64,000 bases of DNA from a virus: the IMG/VR virus record IMGVR_UViG_3300029310_000003; one strand, written 5' to 3'. Below the pieces are notes generated by a model. The model did not search any database. It was not told the origin of the DNA and saw nothing but the letters and a program-made list of their open reading frames with translations. Of this stretch, positions 7,752-15,706 are shown piece by piece (positions within the stretch are counted from its first letter, which is position 1; every line of letters starts with the position of its first letter). The translations under genes were made by a program, and so were the position numbers.

Positions 7752-8217
7752 GCCATCTATCAAGCCTCGCAGGATGCGAAAACCAGCGCAGCTTGAGATC
7801 GAGTCGAATGCGCGGATGCATCTGGCGTGCCGTAGGAAGCCATAGAAGCAGAGAACAAGGTGTTATGAGTATCCTATCATTATTTCATCAAGTTCGCGGC
7901 TTGTAGAGCCTCTGAGGGCGCGAGGCTTGCTGGGAAAACGCCACGAAAAAGGCAGCAAGTCGGAAAAACAAGAACAGTCTCGAAAATCTCACCCTGAACT
8001 CCACCGTAAAGGTGAGCAGACACGGCGAAGAAATCCTGCTGCAAAAAGCGACCATCGCAGGCCGAAAGCGTCCCGTTTGGGTATCGTGGTCTGACCGCAT
8101 CTACTACACCACCGCGCAGGTGAAAAACCGAGGATATAAGCTTCACACAGTCGCTTGAAATCCCGAAAAATCCTGCTATACTGAAATAAAACGGAAAAAG
8201 GAGGAAGCAAAACGCGA

Positions 8218-8445
8218 ATGTTTTATAAACCCGGCGAATACGAGATCAATGGCGGAGAATTTTTCTCCGCCAAAACCGGCGAACCTCTGAACAGCGGCGA
8301 TCTGGCGGGTCTGGTGGCTTACTGCGAACCGAACGACATCTCCCCTGTCGAAACCTACGGCAAAGAAGTTGTGTCCATGCACCGTGAAGTAGTGACCTTG
8401 GACGGCAAGAAGATTCTGTACAAAGGCGCTGTCGTGAGAATTTGA
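8218..8445 (+). CDS. hypothetical protein (75 aa)
   Basis: AAGGAGGA RBS. A TTGAAA-N16-TATACT promoter-like sequence lies at about 8155-8182. Confidence 0.5.
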   Translation: MFYKPGEYEINGGEFFSAKTGEPLNSGDLAGLVAYCEPNDISPVETYGKEVVSMHREVVTLDGKKILYKGAVVRI

Positions 8446-8479
8446 ATTTTGTAAACAGAAAGAGAACGGAGGAGAACAC

Positions 8480-9193
8480 ATGGCAATCATAAAATGCCCC
8501 GAGTGCGGGCACGACGTAAGCACCATGGCGACCGCCTGCCCAAACTGCGGCTATCCGATCAGCAGCATGAATCTGAAAGCGCCTGAACAGCCGGAACACA
8601 CAGAACTGATGGAAGAACCGAAACCGCAAAACGACGCATTGGACGAATTTGACATGATCGATAGCGAGCTGGAACAGCAGCAGAAAGAATCATCCGAAGA
8701 AAAAACGGGAGCCTCAAAAACTGCGCTTGCGTGGACAGCGGTAACGTGTATTATCTCCTTTGCTGTTATCGCATTTGTAATATCGATCGGTTCAAAATCA
8801 TCCAATTCTCATAGCAAAGCGAAATCAAACGATAATACATCGTCATCATATTCTTCAGGATCGTCGTATTCTTCCGGAACCAACGGATACGATTACGCCG
8901 AAGAATATAAAATTTTATATCTTGAACTGGAAGATCTGGAATTAAAATCAAGCGATTATAAAATGTACATGATTCTTTCCGGTGCGGTTAGGAACACCGG
9001 AACAAAAACGTGCTATTTTGTGAAGGTCAAGACAACATTCTATGACGAAAACGGAATATCGATTGATATTGGAGATACCTATGCCTGTGGTGCGGAAGGA
9101 ATAGCGCCGGGTGAAAGCTCGAAATTTGAGATTCGCGTTGATTATGACGAAAGGATTGAAACATCCAGAACAAAAATATACGATTGCGATTAA
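8480..9193 (+). CDS. zinc-ribbon / TM / FxLYD-like domain membrane protein
   Basis: N-terminal 'KCPECGHDV...CPNCGYPI' zinc ribbon, TM 'AWTAVTCIISFAVIAFVI', Ser-rich linker, and a C-terminal beta-rich domain '...VKTTFYDENG...GESSKFE'. Confidence 0.7.
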   Translation: MAIIKCPECGHDVSTMATACPNCGYPISSMNLKAPEQPEHTELMEEPKPQNDALDEFDMIDSELEQQQKESSEEKTGASKTALAWTAVTCIISFAVIAFVISIGSKSSNSHSKAKSNDNTSSSYSSGSSYSSGTNGYDYAEEYKILYLELEDLELKSSDYKMYMILSGAVRNTGTKTCYFVKVKTTFYDENGISIDIGDTYACGAEGIAPGESSKFEIRVDYDERIETSRTKIYDCD

Positions 9194-9260
9194 ACAGAAA
9201 ATCCGCCCATCTGGACGGCTTTTCTCATGCTTCCGAAATCACAAATTTTATGTACTTCGC

Positions 9261-9288
9261 GGGACAAATCACATATTTCGTGTAGATA
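9261..9288 (+). promoter_or_regulatory. cassette promoter-like motif (GGGACA-N16-TAGATA)
   Basis: GGGACA 9261-9266, TAGATA 9283-9288; upstream of ATG 9377. Confidence 0.4.
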
Positions 9289-9376
9289 AGAAAACAGAAA
9301 ATTTCTCCAATTCCGCGAAATAAGTATTGACAGTTATATAACTATTATGGTATAGTGATATCGAAAGGAGGGCAGC

Positions 9377-9535
9377 ATGGAACAGAACGATAAGGCATTG
9401 AGCATGAAGTTGCCGCAATCCCTGTATGATCGTCTGAAAGTGCAAGCGGACAGGATGAATATATCAGTCGCATCCGTTGTACGTATCGCTTGCACAGAGT
9501 ACCTTTCAAAAACAGAGGAAAGCAAAAATAAATAG
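9377..9535 (+). CDS. ribbon-helix-helix (CopG-like) protein, 52 aa
   Basis: GGAGGG RBS. 'LSMKLPQSLYDRLKVQADRMNISVASVVRIACTEYL' fits the RHH pattern. Below the ORF-track cut-off. Confidence 0.6.
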   Translation: MEQNDKALSMKLPQSLYDRLKVQADRMNISVASVVRIACTEYLSKTEESKNK

Positions 9536-9538
9536 AAT

Positions 9539-9580
9539 AAACGCTGCGTCCCTTCCGACCAAAGACTGAACGCAGCGTTT
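9539..9580 (+). terminator. hairpin aaacgctgcg/cgcagcgttt
   Basis: 10-bp stem directly after the stop codon; the T-run is short. Confidence 0.45.
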
Positions 9581-9713
9581 ACCGACAATCACGCAATTTC
9601 TCGCGCAATCTCTGTATATATTTATACAAGACACGCCGCGAAATTGCAAGTGTTACTTTTGCTTTTCGCGGAATTTTTGTACCCATTTTTAAGTGACAGG
9701 AGGAATTTTGAAC

Positions 9714-10487
9714 ATGAATTTACAGGTCATCAATGTCAGTGGAATTGACGGATATGAGAAAGACGGCGTGGTTTATCTCAAACTGGAAACCGTAGCGCGT
9801 GGTCTCGGCTTTGTAGATACAAGGGACGGCGTTGAGTATGTCAGATGGGCAAGAGTTGACAAATATCTTGCAGAACTGAATTTCGCCACTTGTGGCGAAA
9901 GACCGGAGTACATCCCCGAAAACGTATTCTACCGTCTGGCAATGAAAGCAAAGAACGAAGCGGCAGAAGCGTTTCAGGCGAAAATCGCAGATGAAGTGAT
10001 TCCGTCCATCCGTAAGACCGGCGGCTATCAGGCAAAACCCATGACCGCCGCGCAGATGTTTGCAATGCAGGCGCAGGTCAATTTGGAGCAGGAGCAGCGC
10101 CTTTCCGCTCTGGAATCCGGGCAGAAGCAGATCCACTCCGCCATGCAGAGCGCAATTTCGGCGCTTTCCATGCCGACCGTGAGCCGCGACCATTGGCAGG
10201 ACGCGACGCGCAGTAAGATCCGTCAGCTGTGCATGGAATTCTCGCTGAATTTCCAGACGGAAACCGGCTCGCTTTATCGGAAGCTGGAAGAAACGGCGGG
10301 CTGCAACCTCGATGTGCGATTGAAGCATCTCCGGGAGCGCATGAGAGCGGGCGGCGCAAAATACTCCGAATGTCAGGCCGCGAATAAATTGACGGTCGTC
10401 GCGCAGGACCAGCGCCTCCGGGAAATCTTCTCCGGCATCGTCCAGCGACGGAGCGCCCAGCTCATGGCATCCAAACTCTCCGCATGA
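9714..10487 (+). CDS. phage antirepressor, Bro-N-like N-terminus + ORF6C-like C-terminus
   Basis: ATG after an AGGAGG RBS. 'AFQAKIADEVIPSIRKTGGY' is the typical end of a Bro-N domain. The C-terminal coiled 'MQAQVNLEQEQRLSALE' is ORF6C-like. Confidence 0.75.
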   Translation: MNLQVINVSGIDGYEKDGVVYLKLETVARGLGFVDTRDGVEYVRWARVDKYLAELNFATCGERPEYIPENVFYRLAMKAKNEAAEAFQAKIADEVIPSIRKTGGYQAKPMTAAQMFAMQAQVNLEQEQRLSALESGQKQIHSAMQSAISALSMPTVSRDHWQDATRSKIRQLCMEFSLNFQTETGSLYRKLEETAGCNLDVRLKHLRERMRAGGAKYSECQAANKLTVVAQDQRLREIFSGIVQRRSAQLMASKLSA

Positions 10488-10581
10488 GAACGGAGAGATC
10501 GAAAAACCGCCGAAATTCCAACGAATCCAAATTTGGTTCGGTTGATTTCTTCATCCCTCCAGCGTTTCATTGTTGACATAA

Positions 10582-10606
10582 AAATGTACAAAAAACATTT
10601 GCCGCT
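10582..10606 (+). promoter_or_regulatory. operator-like palindrome AAATGT-N7-ACATTT + GCCGC (copy 1)
   Basis: AAATGTACAAAAAACATTTGCCGC lies 5 nt upstream of TGTTATGCT (extended -10, 10609-10617). A near-identical 25-mer is at 13484-13508. Confidence 0.55.
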
Positions 10607-10657
10607 TCTGTTATGCTGAAAGTAGAGAACACCAAGCGAAACAGAAAGGAGAAATTC

Positions 10658-11467
10658 ATGGAACTACAAAAAATCAACAACACAGACATCACCATCAAGG
10701 AATACAGCGGTCAGCGCGTAGTGACCTTCAAGGACATCGACGCAGTCCACGGCAGACCAGACGGAACGGCAAAGCGAAACTTCCGTTCTAACCGAGAGCA
10801 CTTTATCGAGGGCGAAGATTTCTTCATGCTTGACCAACCGGACGAAATTCGTTCCCTTGGTATTCAGCGTCCGCAGGGTGGCACACCGGATAGCGTAATT
10901 CTCATCACGGAATCCGGCTATCTCATGCTGGTAAAATCATTCACGGATGATTTGGCGTGGAAAGTCCAACGCGAACTCATTAAAGGATATTTCCGTGCGA
11001 AAGAAGCCGCGCAGCTCTCCCCTGCCGAGCAGCTGCTTGCGCAGGCACAATTTCTGGTCGAGCAGGAGCGCCGTCTTAAGGCTTTGGAAGCCAGCAGCGC
11101 CGAAACCTCGCAGAAAATGGATACCGTCCGGGATGCGCTGGGTACCATGGTCGCATCGTCCATAACGGCGGAGAACTGGCAATCGCAGCTGAACCGCAGC
11201 GTCCGTGCATTTTGTATGCAGACGGGATTCGACTTCCATAAAACCTTCCAGCAGCTCTACAAGGAGACCGAAACGACCGCAGGCGTAAAGCTGGACGTCC
11301 GCGTCAAGTTCGCCAAACAGCGTCTGCAAGCAAACGGCGCGACGCAGGCCGAGATCACCGCCGTTTCCAAACTCAGCATCATTGCCAAGGACAAAAAGCT
11401 TCGTGAGATCTTCGGGAATCTTTTCAACCGCATGGTCGCACGATATAAACTCAGCGGAGAAATTTGA
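10658..11467 (+). CDS. phage antirepressor, ORF6N (KilA-N-like) + ORF6C
   Basis: AAAGGAG RBS. 'IKEYSGQRVVTFKDIDAVHGRPDGTAKRNFRSNREHFIEGEDFF' fits the ORF6N pattern. 'LLAQAQFLVEQERRLKALE' is ORF6C-like. Confidence 0.75.
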   Translation: MELQKINNTDITIKEYSGQRVVTFKDIDAVHGRPDGTAKRNFRSNREHFIEGEDFFMLDQPDEIRSLGIQRPQGGTPDSVILITESGYLMLVKSFTDDLAWKVQRELIKGYFRAKEAAQLSPAEQLLAQAQFLVEQERRLKALEASSAETSQKMDTVRDALGTMVASSITAENWQSQLNRSVRAFCMQTGFDFHKTFQQLYKETETTAGVKLDVRVKFAKQRLQANGATQAEITAVSKLSIIAKDKKLREIFGNLFNRMVARYKLSGEI

Positions 11468-11501
11468 GGAAGCACACCAAGTGCCAGAAAGGAAAATCAC
11501 C

Positions 11502-11666
11502 ATGGAAAAAGAACTTATCAAAATGATCGAAAAAACCAAGAATCAGGAAGCATTTCTGAACTTCCTGAAATTCTGCCTCCCGCGCGTGGAATCGGGTCTG
11601 ACGGTCGAAGAGATCTGGAACGAATGGCAGATCATCCGGAGCCACAGCGAGGAGCCACGCGTATGA
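11502..11666 (+). CDS. hypothetical small protein (54 aa), paralog of 19043..19216
   Basis: Internal ATG with an AAAGGA RBS. Shares the pattern KNQ..F..F..FC..R......TVE.IWN.W with the minus-strand 57-aa protein. Confidence 0.5.
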   Translation: MEKELIKMIEKTKNQEAFLNFLKFCLPRVESGLTVEEIWNEWQIIRSHSEEPRV

Positions 11667-12085
11667 CCGCACAGAAGATGGACGCGCTGGACATTGAAAT
11701 TTACCAGCTGATGAAGGAACTGGGCATTCCGGCCAGCATGACGGGCTATGACTACCTCCGCAGCGCCATCCGCCGCAGCGCAGAAAACGGCTGTCCCAAA
11801 ATTTCGACCATGAGCGCGGACGGGATCTATCCGAGGATCGCCGAAGAATTCGGCGTCAGCTCAAACAGCGTGGAGCGTGCGATCCGGAAGTCCATCGGAG
11901 TCGGAGTCGAGCGCGCCGGGGGCAGCAAATTTTATAAGGTGTTCGGCTTGAGCATGGACGCGGACAAAGCCCGTCCGACGAATGCGCAGTTCATCCGGCA
12001 GGCGGCGTTGGAGGCTCTCTGCCGGGAATCTGAAAAAAATCTGAAAACAGCGGGACAAAAGCGTGAAACGTGGCAGATTGGATAA
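11663..12085 (+). CDS. Spo0A C-terminal (DNA-binding) domain protein lacking a receiver domain
   Basis: 'GIPASMTGYDYLRSAI', 'IYPRIAEEFGVSSNSVERAIRKSI' and 'ARPTNAQFI' parallel Spo0A 'GVPAHIKGYLYLREAI', '[24 protein letters not shown]' and 'KPTNSEFI'. The start overlaps the upstream stop. Confidence 0.75.
   Translation: MTAQKMDALDIEIYQLMKELGIPASMTGYDYLRSAIRRSAENGCPKISTMSADGIYPRIAEEFGVSSNSVERAIRKSIGVGVERAGGSKFYKVFGLSMDADKARPTNAQFIRQAALEALCRESEKNLKTAGQKRETWQIG
12052..12079 (+). promoter_or_regulatory. cassette promoter-like motif (GGGACA-N16-CAGATT)
   Basis: GGGACA 12052-12057, CAGATT 12074-12079. Lies in the 3' end of the preceding CDS, 47 nt before ATG 12127. Confidence 0.45.
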
Positions 12086-12126
12086 CTGGAAAGCAAAAAC
12101 CACAGAAAACCGAAAGGAGAAGAAAA

Positions 12127-12348
12127 ATGTGTGAAAGCAAAAATCTGGTCCCCCTCCCCATGACGGGGCCTGAGAATCTTTTTGAGAACGTCGTCAATCG
12201 ACACCACGACGAGGTGAAAGCGGAAGTCCGTGCGGAGGCGCGCCACAAGCGGGAAAAATTCATCACCCGCTGGCTGATCGCGGCGCTGCTTGCCGGAATG
12301 GCCGCGTCTGCCTACGCAGGCTTTCTGATCGGCGCATCCATCGTCTGA
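12127..12348 (+). CDS. C-terminally membrane-anchored small protein (73 aa)
   Basis: AAAGGAGAAG RBS. C-terminal TM 'WLIAALLAGMAASAYAGFLIGASIV'. Confidence 0.5.
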   Translation: MCESKNLVPLPMTGPENLFENVVNRHHDEVKAEVRAEARHKREKFITRWLIAALLAGMAASAYAGFLIGASIV

Positions 12349-12364
12349 AAAATTTCAAGAAACC

Positions 12365-12392
12365 GGGACAACCCCGAAAAACCCGGCAGAAC
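12365..12392 (+). promoter_or_regulatory. cassette promoter-like motif (GGGACA-N16-CAGAAC)
   Basis: GGGACA 12365-12370, CAGAAC 12387-12392; upstream of ATG 12440. Confidence 0.55.
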
Positions 12393-12439
12393 AAAAACTG
12401 TAAACACAAAAACAAAATCACAAATGGAGGTAATTCAAA

Positions 12440-13135
12440 ATGGCAAAGGAAAACAAGGATATCAAGCGGTACATCAAGCTCACGTTTATCGAGCCGGTAC
12501 TTGGCACATGGCCCAGCAATGAAAATGTCGCACGCGACTTCATCGCGTCCAAGTCCCCGGACGCGGCCACCATTGAAGAGGAGATCGCCGCCATCGGCGC
12601 AGAGAACTATTCCGACAAGGCGATGACGGTATTCCCGCGCGTCGATGGAAAGCCCGTTTTCTACGACTACCAGATCAAGGGCTTTTTCAAGGATACCTGT
12701 GGCGCACTCTCCCGCGCAAAGCACACAAAGTCCAGTGCCCTGAAGGCGTACAAAAAGGTGATCGACGGCATGATCTTTCCATTCCCGAGAACCATCGCCA
12801 TTCAGGTAAACGGCGAGATCGGCGAATGCCAGCGTCCACTTCGTGCGCAGACCGCGCAGGGCGAACGTGTGAGCCTAGCAAATTCCGAGGAAATTCCGGC
12901 GGGCAGCACGATCCGTTTCGGCGTCAAGCTCAACGATCCGGCGCACGAGGCTCTTTTGAAGGAATGGCTCGATAACGGCATCGACCGTGGCCTCGGCCAG
13001 TGGAGAAATTCTGGAAAGGGCCGATTCATCTATAAGATGCTGGACGAGGAAGGAAATAGCCTCGGAGGAACGGCAGAGGACTACGAAGCGCGGAAGTTGG
13101 AGGAAAGCTTCTTCCCGGAGGAAAAGGCGGTCTGA
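12440..13135 (+). CDS. hypothetical protein (231 aa) with C-terminal G-rich loop 'GLGQWRNSGKGRF'
   Basis: GGAGG RBS; ORF track entry. No confident family assignment. Confidence 0.65.
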   Translation: MAKENKDIKRYIKLTFIEPVLGTWPSNENVARDFIASKSPDAATIEEEIAAIGAENYSDKAMTVFPRVDGKPVFYDYQIKGFFKDTCGALSRAKHTKSSALKAYKKVIDGMIFPFPRTIAIQVNGEIGECQRPLRAQTAQGERVSLANSEEIPAGSTIRFGVKLNDPAHEALLKEWLDNGIDRGLGQWRNSGKGRFIYKMLDEEGNSLGGTAEDYEARKLEESFFPEEKAV

Positions 13136-13323
13136 TAGGCCCGCCGAACGGGGCAACGGAACTGCTTGGCCGGGCAATGCGCAGCAAGGGCATTGCGATG
13201 CGAAGATTAGGCAAGCAAAGGATTGGCAGCGAACAGAAGTGGGACGCAAAGCAGAGCAAAGGCAAAGCAAAGTACTGTGGCGCGGGGCAAAGGCAATGCT
13301 AGGACAAGCTGGGCAGAGCAAAG

Positions 13324-13363
13324 GCAGAGTTGCGCAGAGTCACGCAGAGTTGCGCAGAGTTGT
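13324..13363 (+). repeat. 4 tandem 10-bp repeats GCAGAGTYRY
   Basis: gcagagttgc|gcagagtcac|gcagagttgc|gcagagttgt. Embedded in a purine-rich about 350-nt tract (13140-13480) that also carries at least 6 GCAAAGG motifs. Confidence 0.8.
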
Positions 13364-13483
13364 GAACAGCAAAGGATACGCATGGCCGTGCGCGGATACG
13401 ATCAGCAAAGCAACGACAAAGCGGCGCATAGTAAGGCAAAGGCAAAAATCAAAAGACAGCAGAAACCATTCCGGAACGCATCC

Positions 13484-13508
13484 AAATGTGCAAAAAACAT
13501 TTGCGGCG
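13484..13508 (+). promoter_or_regulatory. operator-like palindrome AAATGT-N7-ACATTT + GCGGC (copy 2)
   Basis: AAATGTGCAAAAAACATTTGCGGC lies 5 nt upstream of TGGTACAAT (extended -10, 13511-13519), about 25 nt before the integrase ATG. Confidence 0.55.
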
Positions 13509-13542
13509 TTTGGTACAATAAAATCAGAAAGGACGGAAACAG

Positions 13543-14628
13543 ATGAGCTTCCCCAAAGCGTATGAAAAATTTCGGTCGGCCATGATCGCCTACGAAGATA
13601 ACCTCCGGGCGTTGGGACGTTCCGGAGTCACGATCAAAAATCAGGAACAGATCTTCAAAAATTTCTCCGGCTTCCTTCTGGAAAACAAATTGTGGGATCA
13701 TGAGGAGGGCTTTCCGGAGATCCTCGCATGGCGCGACCAGATGCGCCGGGACGGCAAAAAACCGTCCACCATCAAGCAGTATCTGACCGTCCTTTCTGCC
13801 ATGTACAATTTCGCCAGCTCCGAAGAACTCGGCGAAAACCGCTGGTACGACCGGAATCCCGTCGCAAAGCTCCTCATGCCGGATACGCGAAAGCTCGACA
13901 AGCGACCGTATGAGCAATTTTTGACCGACGAACAGGTCATGCTTCTCTGGCGAAATAACCCTCCCGCGAAAACCGTGGAAAGCCCGAAATTCTGGCCGCG
14001 AAATTACGCCATCGTCATTTTGCTTCTGACAACGGAGCTTCGCAACAGTGAGCTTCTGGCGCTGACGCCTGCGGATCTCGACTGGGAAAATTCCGAGCTG
14101 TACGTCGAGCACGGCAAGGGCGATAAATTCCGTCCGGTCGAATTCCCGCCGCTTGCGCAGACCGCCGTCCGGCTGTATCTTCGCAGCGGACTGCGTCCGG
14201 CGGCCGCAGGCGACCATGACCCGCTTTTTGGCACGGAGGCAACCAAGGAATTCAAGGGAACCAATCGGGGCGCAGAATGGCACGCAGGCACACGTCAGTG
14301 GCTTTCGGACGTCGTGAAGCGCCATGTAAAAACCGTGACCGGCGTGGATATGATCCGTTCGCACGATTTGCGGCACGTCGGCGCACGGCTCGATCTCAAC
14401 AGCGGCATGAGCTTTGAGGAGCTTCAGGCAAAACTCGGCCATGAATCCGTAGCGACCACGCAGATCTATTCCGGCAAGCTGACCAGCCGGAAAAACCGCC
14501 GTATGACGAAGATCGTGCAGGAGGAGAAGGAACGGCAGGCGCAGCGGAACGTCCTGCGTCTGGAAGAGTCGGGAGATGATTTTTTCGAACAGCTCCGGCT
14601 GAAACAGCCCCGGCCGGAGATCGCCTGA
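13543..14628 (+). CDS. int: tyrosine recombinase / phage integrase
   Basis: 361 aa. N-terminal SAM-like core-binding region. C-terminal 'HDLRHVGARL...LGHESVATTQIYSG' carries the HxxR...H...Y catalytic signature. Confidence 0.9.
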   Translation: MSFPKAYEKFRSAMIAYEDNLRALGRSGVTIKNQEQIFKNFSGFLLENKLWDHEEGFPEILAWRDQMRRDGKKPSTIKQYLTVLSAMYNFASSEELGENRWYDRNPVAKLLMPDTRKLDKRPYEQFLTDEQVMLLWRNNPPAKTVESPKFWPRNYAIVILLLTTELRNSELLALTPADLDWENSELYVEHGKGDKFRPVEFPPLAQTAVRLYLRSGLRPAAAGDHDPLFGTEATKEFKGTNRGAEWHAGTRQWLSDVVKRHVKTVTGVDMIRSHDLRHVGARLDLNSGMSFEELQAKLGHESVATTQIYSGKLTSRKNRRMTKIVQEEKERQAQRNVLRLEESGDDFFEQLRLKQPRPEIA

Positions 14629-14680
14629 ACAAACCAGAAAAACAGAAATGATCCGGGTTTCGTCGTAAGCCCGGAGGCAC

Positions 14681-14748
14681 GGCGGAGGCAGGTGCGTCGT
14701 GGGGATAACCCACACCCCGCGATTTCGGTTCAAATCCGGATTCCGCCG
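14681..14748 (+). other. tRNA-like fragment (good acceptor + T-arm, defective D/anticodon region); possible att core
   Basis: ggcggag...ttcgg-ttcaaat-ccgga-ttccgcc-g. Only 36 nt separate the acceptor 5' arm from the T-stem, and no canonical anticodon loop can be drawn. Confidence 0.3.
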
Positions 14749-14941
14749 CAATGCTGTGAGTTTGGGCATGGCTCACAGCTGGTCATAACTGACCTCCTTT
14801 CTGTGAAGAAAAGCGTCACCCATGTAAGCGAAGGCGCTCACCGGAACATTTCAGAGATTCCGGTGCTCCAGGCTGGGAAGCCTGGCCATGGGTTTTCGGG
14901 AAGAACGCTCCCGCACCGGAGTAAAACGGGGAGCCATTTAT

Positions 14942-15015
14942 GTGCGTGTAGTTTAATGGCAGAACATCAGACTTCCAATCTGATGGTGGGAGTTCGATTC
15001 TCCTCACGCACTCCA
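14942..15015 (+). tRNA. tRNA-Gly (anticodon UCC), CCA encoded
   Basis: Manual cloverleaf: acceptor gtgcgtg/cacgcac, D-stem gttt/gaac, anticodon stem tcaga/tctga with loop cTTCCaa, T-arm gggag-ttcgatt-ctcct, then tCCA. Confidence 0.85.
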
Positions 15016-15382
15016 CATGGGTATTGCGGCGGACTCAGGGAAAGTTTTGAGGTTCCAAAGGCTTGGTGAAACGATATATCCGGCCATCCGCTCAATCTGT
15101 AGGTAGTGCAAGTACGACAGATTGCGAATTTAATTAGCTGGCTCCGGCTTAATGTGTGAAAAAACGGATGCGACCGATGCACCGGCGCAGGGCTGAAAAG
15201 TTCCGTGGCTTACCCTCCCGGCCTTCCGACAGTCTGCTGTGAGGCGTAAAGGATGGAAGAAAAACCGGCGTGGCGACGCAGACCAACTTCTGCACGGAAG
15301 CGTCTAGGCGTCGAGTAACGGCGGCTCCGGAGCCGGGAGGCAGGCTGTAAAAACCAAGAAAAAAAGGCAAGGAGGAAAACAA

Positions 15383-15706
15383 ATGAGCTTGGAAATTCGC
15401 TATCTCACCAACGGCACGAAAAATGTCTACGTCGTCGCAGAGAAGGACGTGGCGCCGGTCGCGGTCCATTTCTACAGCGAACGGGACGAAATCCCCTATC
15501 AGATCCGTAACTACGCACCGAAAGGAAAGCCAATGTTTGTCGGGCCGGATTCGGCAAGAAACCTTTTTGCAATGAAAGCCCTGTATCCGGAGCTGATCCA
15601 CGAATTCTGCGACAAGCAGGAGTACGCCGGATCACCCTGCATCTTCGAGTCGTGCAGCCTCGCGGACTGGAAAACCTGCAAATACCGCTGTACCGCAAAA
15701 ATCTGA
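15383..15706 (+). CDS. hypothetical protein (107 aa)
   Basis: Strong AAGGAGGA RBS 7 nt upstream; unbiased composition. It sits between the two tRNAs. Confidence 0.6.
   Translation: MSLEIRYLTNGTKNVYVVAEKDVAPVAVHFYSERDEIPYQIRNYAPKGKPMFVGPDSARNLFAMKALYPELIHEFCDKQEYAGSPCIFESCSLADWKTCKYRCTAKI

Noticed and set aside
8015-8158. Open frame ending '...YYTTAQVKNRGYKLHTVA' that looks protein-like.
   Set aside because: It has no ATG, GTG or TTG start in frame after the preceding stop, and no RBS. It is at best a gene remnant.
13324-13363. Whether the tandem repeats here or elsewhere could be a CRISPR array, and whether a DGR is present near the fibre genes.
   Set aside because: The units are contiguous 10-mers with no spacers. 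No cas genes and no reverse-transcriptase-like ORF (no YxDD motif) were seen anywhere in the window.
12987-13565. Plus-strand ORFs 12987..13565 and 13223..13546 across the purine-rich tract.
   Set aside because: They translate to low-complexity K/R/Q/A/G strings generated by the GCAAAGG and GCAGAGT repeats, and have no RBS. I treat the tract as non-coding repeat DNA.
14681-14748. Possible third tRNA gene.
   Set aside because: The acceptor and T-arm pair well, but the D/anticodon region is about 5 nt too short and no 7-nt anticodon loop with U33 can be drawn. It is kept only as a tRNA-like fragment or att candidate.
13402-14769. 455-aa minus-strand ORF covering the integrase locus.
   Set aside because: It is antisense to a gene with a clear tyrosine-recombinase signature, and its composition is biased (R/P/L). 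It is a shadow ORF.
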